A stretch of 64,000 nucleotides of DNA. It comes from Gnetum montanum (taxonomy: Eukaryota > Plantae > Gnetophyta). Positions 1-14,340 of the stretch are shown here, piece after piece (position 1 is the stretch's first letter; every line of letters begins with the position of its first letter). A program made the translations under genes and the position numbers. Where the stretch lies: positions 102,655 through 166,654 of the forward strand of contig MNCI01002312.1 of NCBI GenBank assembly GCA_015680685.1, given 5' to 3'. Below the pieces are notes generated by a model that was not told the DNA's origin, ran no database searches, and was given only the letters and a program-made list of their open reading frames with translations.

Positions 1-1382
1 TTGAGTGTAGCCCAGCATAAGGAGTTGCTGCACTAACTAGTGGGAACTAGGTAATTGATTCTAGATATCTTTGAGCTTTTAGATGTAATCATTGTAACCT
101 AGTTAGAGCTGTTGGAAGTAAGGGGAAAATCTATTATCATGGGGCAATAACTCAAAAAAACCCAAGCTCAAAACCAATGCTTGACTATGGAAGTTGCTAA
201 ACTAAGAGCTTGCCTTACTGATCTTGCATTTCCCAACCCTACACTAACTAGTGATGAAGCTTTTCAACAACTTTAAGACAAGCTTGAGGTTGAGGATGGA
301 AAGGAGATGGTGATCATTGATTAGTCATTGGCCGATGGCACCATGCATAATATAAAAAATTCCTTAGACTAGACTCATCATGAGAATGTAACTTTGATTG
401 CAAAAAATCATCACACATGGAATGTTGAAGTGTAGAAACAAGAAATACAAGATTTTGTCTATCAAAAACTGAAACAACTAGCCAGAGTGAATAAAAAACT
501 AAGAAGATTGGCAATTGAAAACAAAAATCTCTCTATGGAGGAAGTATGGGTTCTTTTTGAACATTATGCAATAGTGGTATCCCCCTAGAAAAATGAGGCT
601 TTTAAGTTTCAGAGAGTAAAAAATCACTATAGAGATAAGGTTCATCTATAAAAAGAAACCAATGAGAAACATATTCATATGATAAAGGTGAAAGTTAATA
701 TGATCCTCTAGTAGCTTAAGGAAGAAGGTGATGTTTGGAAGCCTATCTTTGATGGGCTCAATGACTACAACAAGGCAAAGATCCCCATGAAGGAGCTGTA
801 GATTGAGGACATGATGGAGTACATGAAGATTGCCAATATCCATTATGCAAATATGGTGATGTTCACTGCTAGAAGACCATGGTTTGAATTGGAGAAATAG
901 GTGGCCAATTCATACGTGTTATATGAATTAGAGTTTAAGCATCACAAACACACTAAGCAGAAGCTTGAGTTGGAAAATGCAAATCTTGATGTTCCTAGCT
1001 AGTGCTTCATCGATTAATAGTTTACAGTTAAGAACCTAGCCAAGAGAATGAGTGACTACTAGGGCTACAAAATGTAGTAAAGGTGTTTGATTTTTAATGC
1101 AAACTTTTTATTACAGGGTTCATCAATGTGAAGGAGCTATTCCAGGAAATGTTCTTTCCTTGGGAAGTTCCCACACTGATCTACATTTATGATGCAGTGT
1201 GGACTGTGAATGATTTCAAGAGTAAGGAGGGAAAGTTGAAGGAACTTTTGGATGCCTTCCATCTTCCACTAGAAGTTACAGATACTACAGGTCAACCACG
1301 ATTACCTTAACCACCATGTGCACTTTAAGTAGGAGAAGGTTCTTTGAAGCCTCAGGAACCTCCACCACCTAGGACCATTTGA
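1..1382 (+). pseudogene. Degenerate extra ORF (ORF2, env-position) of Athila copy A, C-terminal half
   Basis: ORF 1128-1310 is homologous to the same region in copies B and C. Many TAG/TGA stops. Confidence 0.75.
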
Positions 1383-1631
1383 ACTTCTTCCTTGTCTTCA
1401 TGTCATCAAAGGAATTTTATTTGTAATTTTTATCTTAGTGTTTAATTTTATTGTCTTGAACACCAAAATTTTGTAATAATTATAAATCTGTACACTCAGG
1501 TACTTAGTGTTTGTCTATACTTGTGTATGTTAGTAGTTAGTCAATAATCCCATGACTTCCCAAAATTTTGTAAAAAACTTGTTTCTCCTTTATATCACTC
1601 AATGTTGAGTCTCCTTTTAGTTTTGGGGGTA

Positions 1632-2536
1632 TGATGACTTGAACCATGGTTTACATCAATGAGACCTCATCTATGTGATCTTGTCAATGTAACTATGTTA
1701 GCATATGATTTGATGCATTGACATGACCTCATTGACACAATGTCTATTTTTGCTTATAAATATGTGCTCACCCACCATGTTTATGACATCCTTTTTCATA
1801 GTTGTAGTGAAGCTCTAGAAATTTTCCAATTGAAATTTAGACTATTTTTCTAAGTGCCAATAGTAGGAGTCAAATAGAGGATGGATCTTTATTCAAGCAT
1901 TGTTGTACCTAAGCATGATAGTGTGTGTGGCAATAAGAACGAGCTTTCTCATAAACCTTGCAACACTTTGAAATAGATTAGTTATTTCCTTTATGCATTT
2001 AGTATTTTATAAAATTTCCTTTAATACTTTAAGTACTTAAAATAATTAATTATGAAATAAATTAACCTAAATTATGCTATATTAAATAGTGGAAAATTAA
2101 GCACATAAGTACAACCACTTTAGGCATACACTTGGCACCTGGTGATCCCAGTAACACTTAATGTTTGGTAACCCAATAGCATTGAATGTGTTTAGGATGT
2201 GTATAGAAAGTGGAAATGGATGCCTATGCTAGGATTAGTTAAACATGAGGTAGTTAGATTAAATTAGCAATTAAATACTTTAATCCTCTATTCTTTATTC
2301 TTAGGAAACTCAGAACATAAAACATAAAAATGACAAAAATCATATGCCTCAATTGCACTTAACCATACTTTTATGTTTTACAAGTGTAATTGGGAAGATA
2401 ATGATTACAATGGTTAGTTTCACTTCTTAGAGACCACTATACTTGGAAGGCTATAAGTTCATGAAATTCAACCAAATTGGGCATGAACACTTGGTGATTT
2501 GTATGGTTGGGAAGATGGTATACTCATCACTCATCA
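1632..2536 (+). repeat. 3' LTR of Athila copy A (~905 bp)
   Basis: Starts TGATGA after the PPT and ends CTCATCA. Shares blocks with 4248-5153 and 17376-18322 (tataaata, gtaggagtca, aaaaatcatat..c...tacacttaaccatac). Confidence 0.85.
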
Positions 2537-4242
2537 ATCATATTCTTTGATCATCATTCAAGCCAAAGAGTAATAAAGGTTTAGATCATGATGCATAGAT
2601 TAATAATCAGATGGTCAACACCTTGAATGCCACTAAAAACATGGGTACTTAAGCTCTCTATCATTAAAAGTGATTTATTTAAAAAATGAAGGAAAAGGGT
2701 TCTATTGATGATTTTGAGTATGACAATAGTGTTGAGGTTATGGTCCATATTAAAGGCTTCAATTGTAGAGAGGAAGCTCAAACAATTGTAGGTGCTTTGG
2801 AGAGCTCATAAGAAGAAGAAGAAGTAGGAACTAGTATAGCATCTAGTTTAGAATTAGAGGAAGAGGATAGTAAGGAAAGTACCTTAGAGGAGAAGGAGCA
2901 TTGAGTCTTCTTCATTTTTTCTTTGTCCCTTATCTCTTACTTTTATAGCCCAACTTATCCTCTTATTATCCCTTATGTTACTTGTTTCCCTAGTGTTTTT
3001 CAGTTTTGGTTGATCTTTGACAAGTAGGACAATTTATATTTATTGTGAAAAATGATTTTATGCTTTTATGTTGCTATAATTTAATTAATGTATGCATGGC
3101 TTGTTTAGTTTTATTCTCTCTATACTTAATTTTATGTTATTCATTAAATTCATGTTATAGATATATCTATGTTATCATTTGCATCTATTATTGCCTAGGT
3201 ACTCATCTTTCCCTAGAAGGGGATTATACTTCTTGATAAAATTTTTCTTTTTGGTTTGCTTGTTGTGTATTATTTTATGTAGAAAACCATGACAAATAAG
3301 GAGAAGAGACCAAAGTATTTTTTTTCTTATTTTATGTAGAACACCCAACCCAAGTTTGAAAATTTAGCTTAGTTCAATAAAAAGATGAAATTCTTGGATC
3401 GATTAATCCCTAGTTTAGTTGATAGAGCAAGACATCTAATTGATCAGAGATATCTAGGTTAACCAATTGGAGTAGTTACAAGATTTTTTTGATAAATTAT
3501 GGAAATTTACCATTTTGATGCTCATAACTATTTTAAGAAAATGACAATATAATGGGATCTATAGTATTGCTAAAATCATAAGAGGATCATTAGAAAGAAT
3601 TAGAGAGAGAATGAAGAAGATTGGTGATCAAGAGTTGAACATTAAAATTGATTATCTTGTGAGATTTCATCCTTGTTGAAAGGGATTCTTTCTTTATCAT
3701 GAACTATCTATATGTTAATCCCATTTTCATCTTGTTCATACTCCCTTTCTTGTTTATTATGTTTTCATGTGGATATCTCTGATCTATTGGATTCATGTTT
3801 CTTCATCCAAATCTTTGTAATTTCTTAATCCTTGAGAGATTTTGAGGATTAAAAATTGCTATATGCATTCTTGGAATATTGGAAAGTCTTAAATCAATGT
3901 TGTATAAGGGAGATAGAAAACCCTTAAACCAATGATAGCAAAACTATTAGTAAAATAATGAAATGGGGGGAAGAGTAGTTGATTTCACCCTTGTAGTGGA
4001 TGTAGGCCTATATAAAAAATAATAAGTTAGTGTTTTTGCTCCATGTTTTCTTTTATATTTTCTTATAGTAGTTATTTGCATGAATCTCATAAATAATTAT
4101 ATAATTAATGATTGAGTTTCTTATTATCTTATAGAATTATAGATTCTATATTTGATCAAAGATAATTATTTGAAATAGATCTATGTATTTATTAATTTAT
4201 CCTATTCACCTTAATCTATGGTGTAATTATTTTGATCCATAA
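2537..4242 (+). mobile_element. Degenerate SIRE-like (Copia) 3' region and LTR remnant
   Basis: Acidic ORF end at ~2810-2903, purine-rich tgacaaataaggagaag at ~3290, gtggatgtaggcc at ~3996 and cctattcacc at 4201, all resembling Sirevirus LTR motifs. Highly decayed. Confidence 0.4.
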
Positions 4243-4247
4243 ATTAT

Positions 4248-5153
4248 TGATGAGTCTCAATTTGTTGCATCAACTAGGCCTTACTAATGTAGTTTGTTGC
4301 ATAGACATGGCCCTGTCGACTGGGCCCTGTTGACATGGCCTTGTCGATGCAAGGGTCTATCTTGGCCTATAAATACATGCTCACCAACTGCATTTATGGC
4401 ATATAATTTTCTTAGTGGTAGAGCTCTTGTAGTTTGTTCATTCCAAAGTTAGAATATTTTTCTTCAGTGCCTGCAGTAGGAGTCATTAAGTACACAGATC
4501 TTTATTCGAGCACTATTGCACTTGAGCACGACAATGTGTGTGGTAATAAAGACAAACTTTGTGATACACCTTGTAGCATTCTAGATAGATTAAATGTTTC
4601 ATTAATGCATTTAATATTTGCAATTAATTATTCAATATTTTTCAATAATTAAGCTAATTAAGTTAATTTTGCAAGATAAGCTAGATATATTAAATATATA
4701 AGTATGTCATTTTGAGCATAACGCATATTTGCTTGGTAACCTCAGCAACATTATTTCTTGGTTTGTCTAGTAGTGTAGTGCTTGGTAATCCCAGTAGCAG
4801 ATATGTGGGTTTAAGATGTGTACAATAAGTAGGACTAGATGCTTATGTTAGGATTAGTTACACATGAGTTAAATCATTAAATCTTGGTAGTATCAAATCA
4901 TCTTACCTTTATATTTTAGCATCACAAACCCTAAAAACCTAAAACCATAAAAATCATATACCTTTATTACACTTAACCATACCATGCACATCAAGAGTGT
5001 AATTGGGAACACAACAAATGACCTTAAGGTAAGGTTTACTTCCTAGAAGACTAGTGCACCGAAAACTATAAAGTCTATGGAATTTGACTAGATCATGTAT
5101 GAATGATTTGTGATTAATATGGTTGGGCATAAGGGTACCTTCACTACTCATCA
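4248..5153 (+). repeat. 5' LTR of copy B
   Basis: Direct repeat of 17376-18322 (roughly 85-90% identity by eye, mostly transitions). TATA cctataaata at ~4366; short ggccctgtcgac-type repeats near the 5' end. Confidence 0.95.
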
Positions 5154-5154
5154 T

Positions 5155-5172
5155 TGACACCATTATGTAGAA
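5155..5172 (+). promoter_or_regulatory. Degenerate tRNA-Asp primer-binding site
   Basis: tgacaccattatgtaga directly after the LTR; resembles a decayed Athila PBS TGGCGCCGTTGCCGGGGA. The site is clearer in copy C. Confidence 0.55.
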
Positions 5173-5479
5173 CTTTGTTTCTTGAAATGTGCACTATCTA
5201 GCATTAGTGAACATTATTAATATCATTGGACAAACCCAAGGTCAACATCACTTTCAAATGATGTTCAATTACAAAAGCACACTAATTATTTTATTTATTG
5301 TAAAATGTATTCTTCTCACAAACATGAGGATGTCAAACCGTTGGTCCCATAGGAGTGCAAAGTGGTGTATACTCATCCAAATGAGTATGTACTAGACTTC
5401 ACCTTCATCCTACACTAGGAAGAGAAACTACAATGGCATGATATGAAGGGCAACATTATCTTGCCCCATGATTAATCTA

Positions 5480-8400
5480 TGTCCAAGATGCTATTTCAAA
5501 CTCTTAAGAAGTTGGAAATTCTATATCTTCATGAGAAATACATTGTGCATGGTTATGACACTTGAGATTACTATCCTACTGAAACACAATGCAAGCAAGA
5601 TTGACATTAGAAGAAGCACCACAAGGTTATGAAGGCGAAACATTTCAGTAATCCCTTGTTCGCACTAGATTAAGATGAAAATGATGATCCTCCCTTTGAA
5701 GGTTCTCAACATGAAGATTCTCCACCCCCTATTATTAGTAATGCAGTTGTGACCTTGAACCTATGATCCACTAACCATAAACTAGCTTCAACAAGAAGTG
5801 ATAGTCAAGGTAGGGACTTGGGTAAACATCATAGTGCTAAGGGATCTAAGGATGATGATTGTAATGAGCATAGAGGTGATGGTGGACACCACTATGGTTC
5901 TGGTGGTCCACCTTCCTCTCCATCGTCTTCATTCAATTCCAAACATTCCTCTTCATCTATTGATTCTCATAGAATCCATCATCAAAATAATCATGATGAA
6001 GGTGATCAATGAGACAAAAATGACCATCAAGGTCATCATGAACGTAGAGGTGGTAGGAACCATCATCAACATCATCAATGCAACAATGATGATGAACCTC
6101 TATTATTTACTTGAAGCATGCTCAACATTGGAAAGGGAGTAAAGATGCAAACCAAGCATGTGAAAGATAGTAGGATCAAGCACTTAAACATGAATAATAT
6201 CCCAAGATTTGATGTGGGATGCAACTCTAATCCACAAACACATCTACAAGCTTTGCATGATGCCTATGCCTTATAGAACATTGAAAATGATTGGCAAAAA
6301 CTCAAGATTTTTCCTAACTAAGACACTCATCAAGGAAGATAAAAGCTAGTCCTAGTCCTTGGAATAGGAATTTATTCACCGATGGAGTACCATGTTAGAA
6401 CTATTTAATGATAAATATCAGACATACTCTAGAGTATCTAACCTAAGAAGGAAAATCCAAGGCTAGAAATAAGGAACACATGAACCCTTAGATGCCACCA
6501 TGGGAAAATATTATTCACTCTTACACTGATGCCCTAGTCATGATTATTCTCAAAGGGAATAGCTCCACCACATCATAGATGGGCTTAAAGTTTAAACTAG
6601 AAGAACTCTTAAGGTTTATGCCCAAGGGAGACTCTCTAAATGAAGAGCTCATCAAATCCTAAGGATAATTGAGTAGGTAGCCAAATAGGAAGGAGAGTTT
6701 CATAAAAGAGAAAGTGTAGAAGAGTATAACTGAGACCCTTCTATTAGAAAAAGGAAGATTCAATTTTGTGGCAAGGAGGAGTTACCACTCGATGAAGTGA
6801 TGAATAAGAAAACCTTGCCTATTCAAAAATTTGTTTTTGACATTTTGGAAAAGGTTGATAAATTATGGAACTCTTTGGATGAGAAGTTTCAAGCTGCTAT
6901 GAAGATTGCTGAAGCATCCAAAGAACAGAATAGTATTCATAAATGTAGGAGACCAAAAGAAGTTGCATGTGCCTACTAGAGAGGTAAGGGCAAGGTTGCT
7001 ACCATAGAGGAAGTGGTGGAAACTAGACTTTGATGATGATCCTGGTTTTCAATATGAATATCCAAAAGGATGTTACCCTATAGTGTCACATTTACAAGAG
7101 TGTAGGGTGTATGCATTGAATCCACAACTAGCAAGGAGGAAAGCACCTATACAATTACCTTATCCTTAGGGCAATCCAAAGTAGTTCCACCAGCACCAAT
7201 AAGCTTATTATCCAAGTGGAGATCCACCAAAACCATATGGGCAATACCAACAATGGCACCAACTACAATCATGGGAAATTTCACTACCAAGGTAGTAGTA
7301 CCCTTACACGCAACCAAATCCATATGGGTACTATGTTTAGCAACCAGTTTCTCCAAGAATTTTTATAAGAAATTTCTCATTTTAGCATCACTATTACCCT
7401 CAAGAGTACCACTGAACACATTTACCATCCACTCAAGGAGAGAACCCATATCCATACCACCCTCCACATTTGTCTATCCACATCCCTTTGTCCTCTACCT
7501 AGTTACCTCTTGCTTCGTCTATGCAAGGAAAAATTCCTCCATAGCCATAGCAACAAAATGCCACAAGGGATATACACTCACATCTAACCTTTTAGTCATG
7601 TGGTTTAGACAATCGATCTAGAAAATGACATTTTATCTAACCAAATAGTTCTCCTAAACCCTCACAACCTCTTATGGCTAGCTGCCCTGCATCTCCAACA
7701 CCCTCATCCTCTACATCAAATACCTTTGAGTGTCCTTCAAACCAAAAGCTACCTCAGATTAGCACTATGATATTAACTTATGTTTTTGTTGATTGGATCA
7801 ATGCTGGCAATCTTTTCACAAAAATATTTGACTAAGGAAGTTCACTCATTTACTTGCAAATTGCTAGACATAAGCCACTAAAGGCTCTTCTTGATTCTAG
7901 TTTCAAAGTAAATCTCATCTCCCATGACATGTACAGGGCTTGGAACCTACCACCTCTCAAGAAGAGCAAAATTCGTTTAGAATTGGCAAACCAATCAATC
8001 AATCTTTCTTTGGGATTAGTGAAGGACATTGTGATCATAGTTTGTGGGTGGTCCTATGCTATCAATTTTCTAGTGATCAAGGTTGCGAATTGCAAAGGTG
8101 ACATCCCCATCATAATAGAAAGAGCTTGGTTAAGCACAATTGATGTGAAAATGAGCATAAGGAATCTCTCGCTAGAAATATCCAAGGAAAATGAATTTGG
8201 AACATTGGATAAGAAGTGTATTCCATGTATCATGTATAGCAATAATAGTTGCAATTGCATGAAAAATATTTGATCCATCAAAACTACATACATTAACGCA
8301 TATAATCAGTGTTTACAAGAAATAGATATTCAAAGGTGTCTATATGAAACAACCACAAAATAGGAGGGCATCCAATGGTTGACAACTAACTCAGAAAGTA

Positions 8401-11395
8401 GAACATTATGCATGGAACCAAATGAGAGCCTAACATATGCTTATGTTGAAAGCATGAATGAACTTGAGCAAGTTCATCACTAACTTTCTAATGATGAAGA
8501 TGATGATACTTATTAGGGAGAGTTGGAAATCCTTGATAACTTCAAGCAAGAGCCCCTAGAGTTGAAAAATCTACCAACTAACATAGAGTATGCATCCTTA
8601 AATAATGGTAAGCTGGTCATAATCAATGCCAAACTTGCTCTTGAATAAAAAGAAAAGATGTTAAAAATGGTTAAAAATGGTTGATAGCCTTTGCTTGGTC
8701 ATATCCTAAGCTAATTGGAATCAATCCAAGGATATGCCACCATCACATTTACACCAACTCGACCATGAAGCCAAGGAGGTAGCTGCAAAGATGGCTAAAC
8801 CCTAAATTGAAGTAGATCGCCAAGGAGGAAATAGAGAAACTCCTCAAGGTGGGGTTCATCTACCCCATCATGGATAGTGAGTGGATTAGCCAACTTATAA
8901 TTATACCAAATAAAGATGTCAAGTGGTATGTCTGCATTAACTTTAGGTTATTGAACATGGAAACATTTAAAGATTAGTTTCCATTGCCATTTGTGGACTA
9001 AGTGTTGAACACTATCTCTAGGCATTGCTATTATAGCTTCTTGGATGATTATAATGGCTATAACCAAATCCAAATTGCACTAGAAGATTAGGTCAAGATA
9101 ACATTCATGAGTCCCTAGGGAACTTTTTCATATTGCAAGATTCCATTTGGTCTATGTAATGCCCCTACAACATTTCAACACATGGTCCTTAACATATTTT
9201 AGCAGCAAATCGATTGTGATGTGGAAGTATTCATGGGTGACTTTTCCACCTATGGAGCTATGTTTGAGAAAGCCTTGGATCACCTTGAGCAAGTACTAAA
9301 AAGATGTGTAGAAATAAATATGTGGCTCAACTGGTAGAAGAGTCATCTCATGGTCTAAGAAGACATTATATTGGGGCATTGAATTTCACAAGAAGGGATT
9401 GAGGTAGATCCATAGAAGATAAGGGTCATCCAAGGAATAACATGCCAACTAGAGATAGTTAAAGATATCTAATCATTACTTAGACACATTAACTAATATC
9501 AATATTTCATAGAGAATTTATGTAAGAACGCCAAGCTGTTGGTCGCACTTATGAAGAAAGATGCTTCATTCATCTCAACCAAGAAGTGCAAACATGCATT
9601 CCAATAATTGAAGGGAAAACTCGTAGAAACTTCAATTCTACAAGTACCAGATTGGTTTAGACAATTCCACATAATGACAGATGCCTCTAATTATTTCTTG
9701 GGAGTAGTACTTAAGCAGTTGGATCATAAAAAATGTCCATATTACATCCATTGCATGATCCAAAGCATTGTGAGTACACAATTGAATTAGACCACCATGG
9801 AAAAATAATTAATGGTAGTGGAGTATGCCCTAGAAAATTTTAGATACTATGTGCTTGATTATAAAGTGTTTGTGCACATAGACCATAGTGCCATCCACTT
9901 CCTAATGAACAAGCTAATAGTGAACCCTTGTATCATACAGTGACTTATGATTTTGTAGGAATTCGATCTCATGATGGTAGATCGAAAAGGAACTAAGAAT
10001 GTGGTCATTGACCACCTCTCTCAATTAGCATGGAATAACAAAAAGGAGGAGAGCTGGTTCACTGACCAATTTTCTAATGAACTCCTCTTTACAAAAGTAA
10101 TCAATGACCAAGTACCCATAGAACCAACATGGTATAATGCCATCCTCATCTATCTTCTCACTCAAGAAATGCCACAAGATCTTGACTTTAGAAAGAAGTA
10201 AAAATTTCTTTATTAGGCTAAATACTTTATGGAAATTAACAAACACCTTTACAAGGTGTATGCCAATGATTCATTGGTGTGTCCCTGATGCAGATAAACT
10301 ACATGTTCTTCAGGATGCTCATGAAGGCTCCTGTGGAGGCCACTATGAAGGGAGATGCATGATCATAAAAATCATGATAGTAGGATACTATTGGCCTATA
10401 ATCTTTAAGGATGCCTACCAATTTATCTGATCTTGTGAGCACTATCAACAAGATGGTGGGATGACTACACAAATGGAAAGTCATCAATAGTCGATTCAAC
10501 CACTAGGGCCTTTTGACATATGGGGCATTGACTTCATGGATCCCATCACACCCATGTCCAATGGAAAGGCATACATCATTGTAGCAGTTGACTACTACAC
10601 AAAGTGGGTAGAAGCAGCAACCATTACTAATTGTACATCATCCACTGCTACTAGATCTATACAACAAAATGTTGTAAATAGGTTTGGGTGTCACATGCAC
10701 TAATTTCTAACAATGGAACTCATTTCATAAGTGCCACTTTTAGAAATTTGATGCATTGCTTGGTGGTTGAACATAAATTAACAACACCCTATCATCCCCA
10801 AGCCAAAGATCAAGCAAAGGTAACTAACTAGAAGATTACAAAACACCTAACATAGACTATTAGAGAATATAGGAAATATTGGAGTACAAAACTCAATGAT
10901 GCCCTTTGGGCTTATCACATAGCATGGAAACTTCTTATTGGCTATTCTCCCTATGAGATAGTGTATAGAAAACATCCAATGCAACCAATTCAATTTGAAC
11001 TTTGTACACTCTCAATAGCTTGTGATCTAAACCTTGACCTAAGTCTAGCAGAAAAAGAAAAATTGATCAAGCTTAATGTGCTAGATGAAAATCAATTAAT
11101 GGCCCTATCTTTGAATGAGGTGCATAAGATATTTAACAAGAAACATCATGACTTGAAAATATGAAAGGTAAAACTTCAACTAGAAGATAAGGTTCTTTAT
11201 TGGAGTCCAACACATGTACCCCAGAAGACCAAAGTCCAAACACTGTGGAAGGGACCTTATATAATTGATCAAACCTTTCCCTTTAGGACCATGTTAATTT
11301 ACAAACTTTAGAGCTTAGATAAAAAGTAGTTGGTCAACATCTAATAAGTAAAACCTTTCCTAGAACCAAGACAAGCTAGTGCAACTATCACCTGA
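5480..11395 (+). pseudogene. gag-pol pseudogene of copy B (gag, protease, RT, RNase H, integrase)
   Basis: PR ALLDSSFKVNLI (~7885); RT YYSFLDDYNGYNQI, PFGLCNAPTTFQ and VFMGDF (~9030-9245); RH FHIMTDASNY (~9670); INT HEGSCGGHY, PFDIWGIDFM and YHPQA (10320-10805). Many stops. Confidence 0.92.
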
Positions 11396-13509
11396 ATGGA
11401 TGGACAACTGCATTCAATTTTTTGGATCTCCTCCTTATAACTTAATCATGGGGGAGATGGCTAGCATGCTAACAATCCATATGGTTTCTTAGTTTTTCTA
11501 CCTTTTGCTTTCCACATTTTTCATTTTACAAGTTATTTACTTTACAAATTATTTATTTTCAATTTCTTTCATTTTCACCATTTTTTGTTTTGCACCATCA
11601 TTAGTATATTTTAACATTTCTTGATTATTTTACACTTTCTTATATATTTTGCCTTGTTTTTTTTTTTTTGTTTAAGTATGAATTTTCATCATTTTTACTA
11701 ATAAAGGTGCTTTATTACCATAGGACATAGTGCCACTATTGCTATTTACTGATGATGACTTGTGCATAATTTTGTGACTATCAATGTCTAGTTTCTATTC
11801 TTGAATTCTAATCTTTGATGACTATGACATGGTTTATTTTTCATAGAACAAGCAGTGAGTCCATGTCATTTTCCCATCCAATAAACTCTACGATTTTCCT
11901 TATTCTAGGAATTTGAGGTTCCTTCCATTAAAGAAAATTTTAATCAATTGGTGACCTTGGTATTTTTGGAATTGGGAAGGATTCAAAGGTTTGTAGGGGG
12001 TGTGAATTCAAGGGGACTCAATACTCTTTTTACTATTCTACTTGCTTGAATGCCTTAGTTTTTTTTATGAACTTCTTACCGTTCCATTTCAACCACTCTA
12101 GGAAGTCAAATAAAGTCTTTGCATGGTGTGGTTCCTATCTAAAAAATATAATATAATATATATATAAACATGATGGGAATTCAAAGCACACTGCTTAGAC
12201 AAATAAATGGGATACAAGAACTAGTTATGGGACTAGAAANATGCCTTAGTTTTTTTTATGAACTTCTTACCATTCCATTTCAACCACTCTAGGAAGTCAA
12301 ATAAAGTCTTTGCATGGTGTGGTTCCTATCTAAAAAATATAATATAATATAGATATAAACATGATGGGAATTCAAAGCACACTGCTTAGACAAATAAATG
12401 GGATACAAGAACTAGTTATGGGACCAGAAAGACATGCACCCATGCCTAAGGGTCTCCTCTAATTATGTCCCTCTCTCACTTCCTACTTCTCTTTCCTTCT
12501 CTTTATAGAATGGTGGTTGTTTTGTGGCATCACTCACATGTCTTGAGGAGGTGTATTAGGCTTAGAGTGGCAATGAAAATTCACTAAAAGTGATTGGTTT
12601 TGGTCTAGACTAAGTATGGATCTTCTCAGGTCATTTAAAACACAAACTCCACAAGGGACTTCTTATGACCTCAATTCGGGATTCCATTCCACCTTCTCCA
12701 TGATCCATCCATGCTACCACACCTCACCTCACTATCAAGTTCTATGTTATTTTCTATGTCTTAGTTTGATGTGTTTGAATTCTTAGATAGATTATTTTTT
12801 GTTAGCCCTTAACTTTTCATGATAATTAATGAACTATGGGGCTCACAGACTCCTTAGTTGAAGTTATGCAAGGGAAACAAGGGCATGAGACTACTATGGA
12901 AGGATCCACTTGCATATATCTTGGTTTGGTTAGTTAAGTCCCTTATCTTAGACATAGCTATAATCCTATATTTTGCATATTCCATTGTGCAAATCACTGT
13001 GTGCTCCTTGATCTCTCATTTTCCATCCTCTTTCTCCATTTTCTTAAATTTCTCAATTTTTAAAAAATTGAAATCCTCTTCTCATATTTTGATGATGTTT
13101 GTGGCTATTTGGACTTCCATTTGACCCTAATTTCATTCAAAATATCTTTGTAATTTTTAAGTTTGACCAAGTTAACAAAAGTCAATGGTGGTCAATAGTT
13201 GCATCGATTAAGCCCCATTGATGCAATTGGCCACATAAACTAGACCCCATTGATGAGGCCCTATCAAAACAACATAAAAATAGTATAAATACCATTGAAA
13301 CTTTGAATTTTTCACATTTGGTCCATAACACCCAAGGAGTTTTGCAATTTTCAGAGTCCAAAAACCTTCTCGAGCCTATAACTCTTGCATCGTTTATCTG
13401 AATCATCTCATTCTTTGATCTTGTAGTTACTAGAGGTAAGATCTTAGTTGTGGGTGTATTAAACCCCAAGGTTTTGATGATAATTTCTTGAAACTTTTTC
13501 TAACTTCCC

Positions 13510-14117
13510 TGTGACATCCCATCCTAGGATGTCATGGCAAACGTCAAATATATGATGATATATTAGACATTATGCATATGAATAAAATATACCAAATGTG
13601 AAATATAAGTGATATTAAACATTATGTATAAAGGAAATAATAATACAAATGCAAAAATATGAATAAAAGGTTGCTTTATTGATATAGAATAGCATATCTA
13701 GATTGTGTTTTGAGAGTGTTCCTTGGGGTTTTCTTCCTTTGGTATCTATCCCTTAGAGGTAATTTAGCACTGCCACCATGGTTAGGCCTATACCTTAGCT
13801 AGAAGGGATGGCTAGTCCATTTCCTATCCTACTTCACCCAGCTTCTTGTGACTTGCCTATACTAGCTCCACCACCCCATGACTTGCTCATACCAACTCTA
13901 CCATTCCATGTTGGCATGACCTCTAACCCTGGGTATAAATGCCTTAGCTCAAACCCCCAATAGTTACCTTATGAGACATGTCCATTATTACAACGTGTCC
14001 TTTTTGATCTCAATTACAACTACCCTTTTGGATCCTATTAAGATAATAATAACACTTGTTATGAAGAGACACCATCTTCATTAGTCAACAACATCATTTG
14101 GGAATGGGGATGTGACA
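13510..14117. mobile_element. Solo LTR (608 bp) of an unrelated family inserted in copy B
   Basis: TGTGACATCCCATCC...GGAATGGGGATGTGACA inverted termini; TSD ttccc/ctccc; absent from copy C. Confidence 0.8.
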
Positions 14118-14340
14118 CTCCCCAAAGGGTTAAAAGGTAAAATGCTATTAAATCATTAATTTTTGAGAATTTAACACTTACAAAAACTTCATTAAATCAA
14201 AGATTAAATTAATAATTAAATATTAAATCCATCTAGCCATAACCACACCTTAGCCAAGTGTAACCTTCCTGTGAGGTAAGGTATTCCAATCATTCTAAGT
14301 TACATAATATTTGCTAACCCATTGTTATGTGTGATTGTAG

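Larger units (their letters stand above)
1..2536 (+). mobile_element. 3' part of Athila-type Ty3/Gypsy element (copy A): end of extra ORF, PPT and 3' LTR
   Basis: 1-1382 aligns by eye with 15750-17130 and 45340-46720 (e.g. FPWEVPTL..DAVWTVND.KSKE.KLKELLDAFHLP). PPT ttttgggggta at 1621-1631 is followed by an LTR running TGATGA...CTCATCA. Confidence 0.85.

Noticed and set aside
5798-6142. His-rich ORF suggesting a metal-binding or dehydrin-like protein
   Set aside because: Low-complexity N-terminal gag region (homolog at 37711-37996); the His codons probably derive from Arg CGT>CAT decay.
12050-12430. Near-perfect 190-bp tandem duplication
   Set aside because: The two copies abut a single N at 12240 and the duplication is absent from copy C; this is typical of an unmerged contig overlap (assembly artefact).
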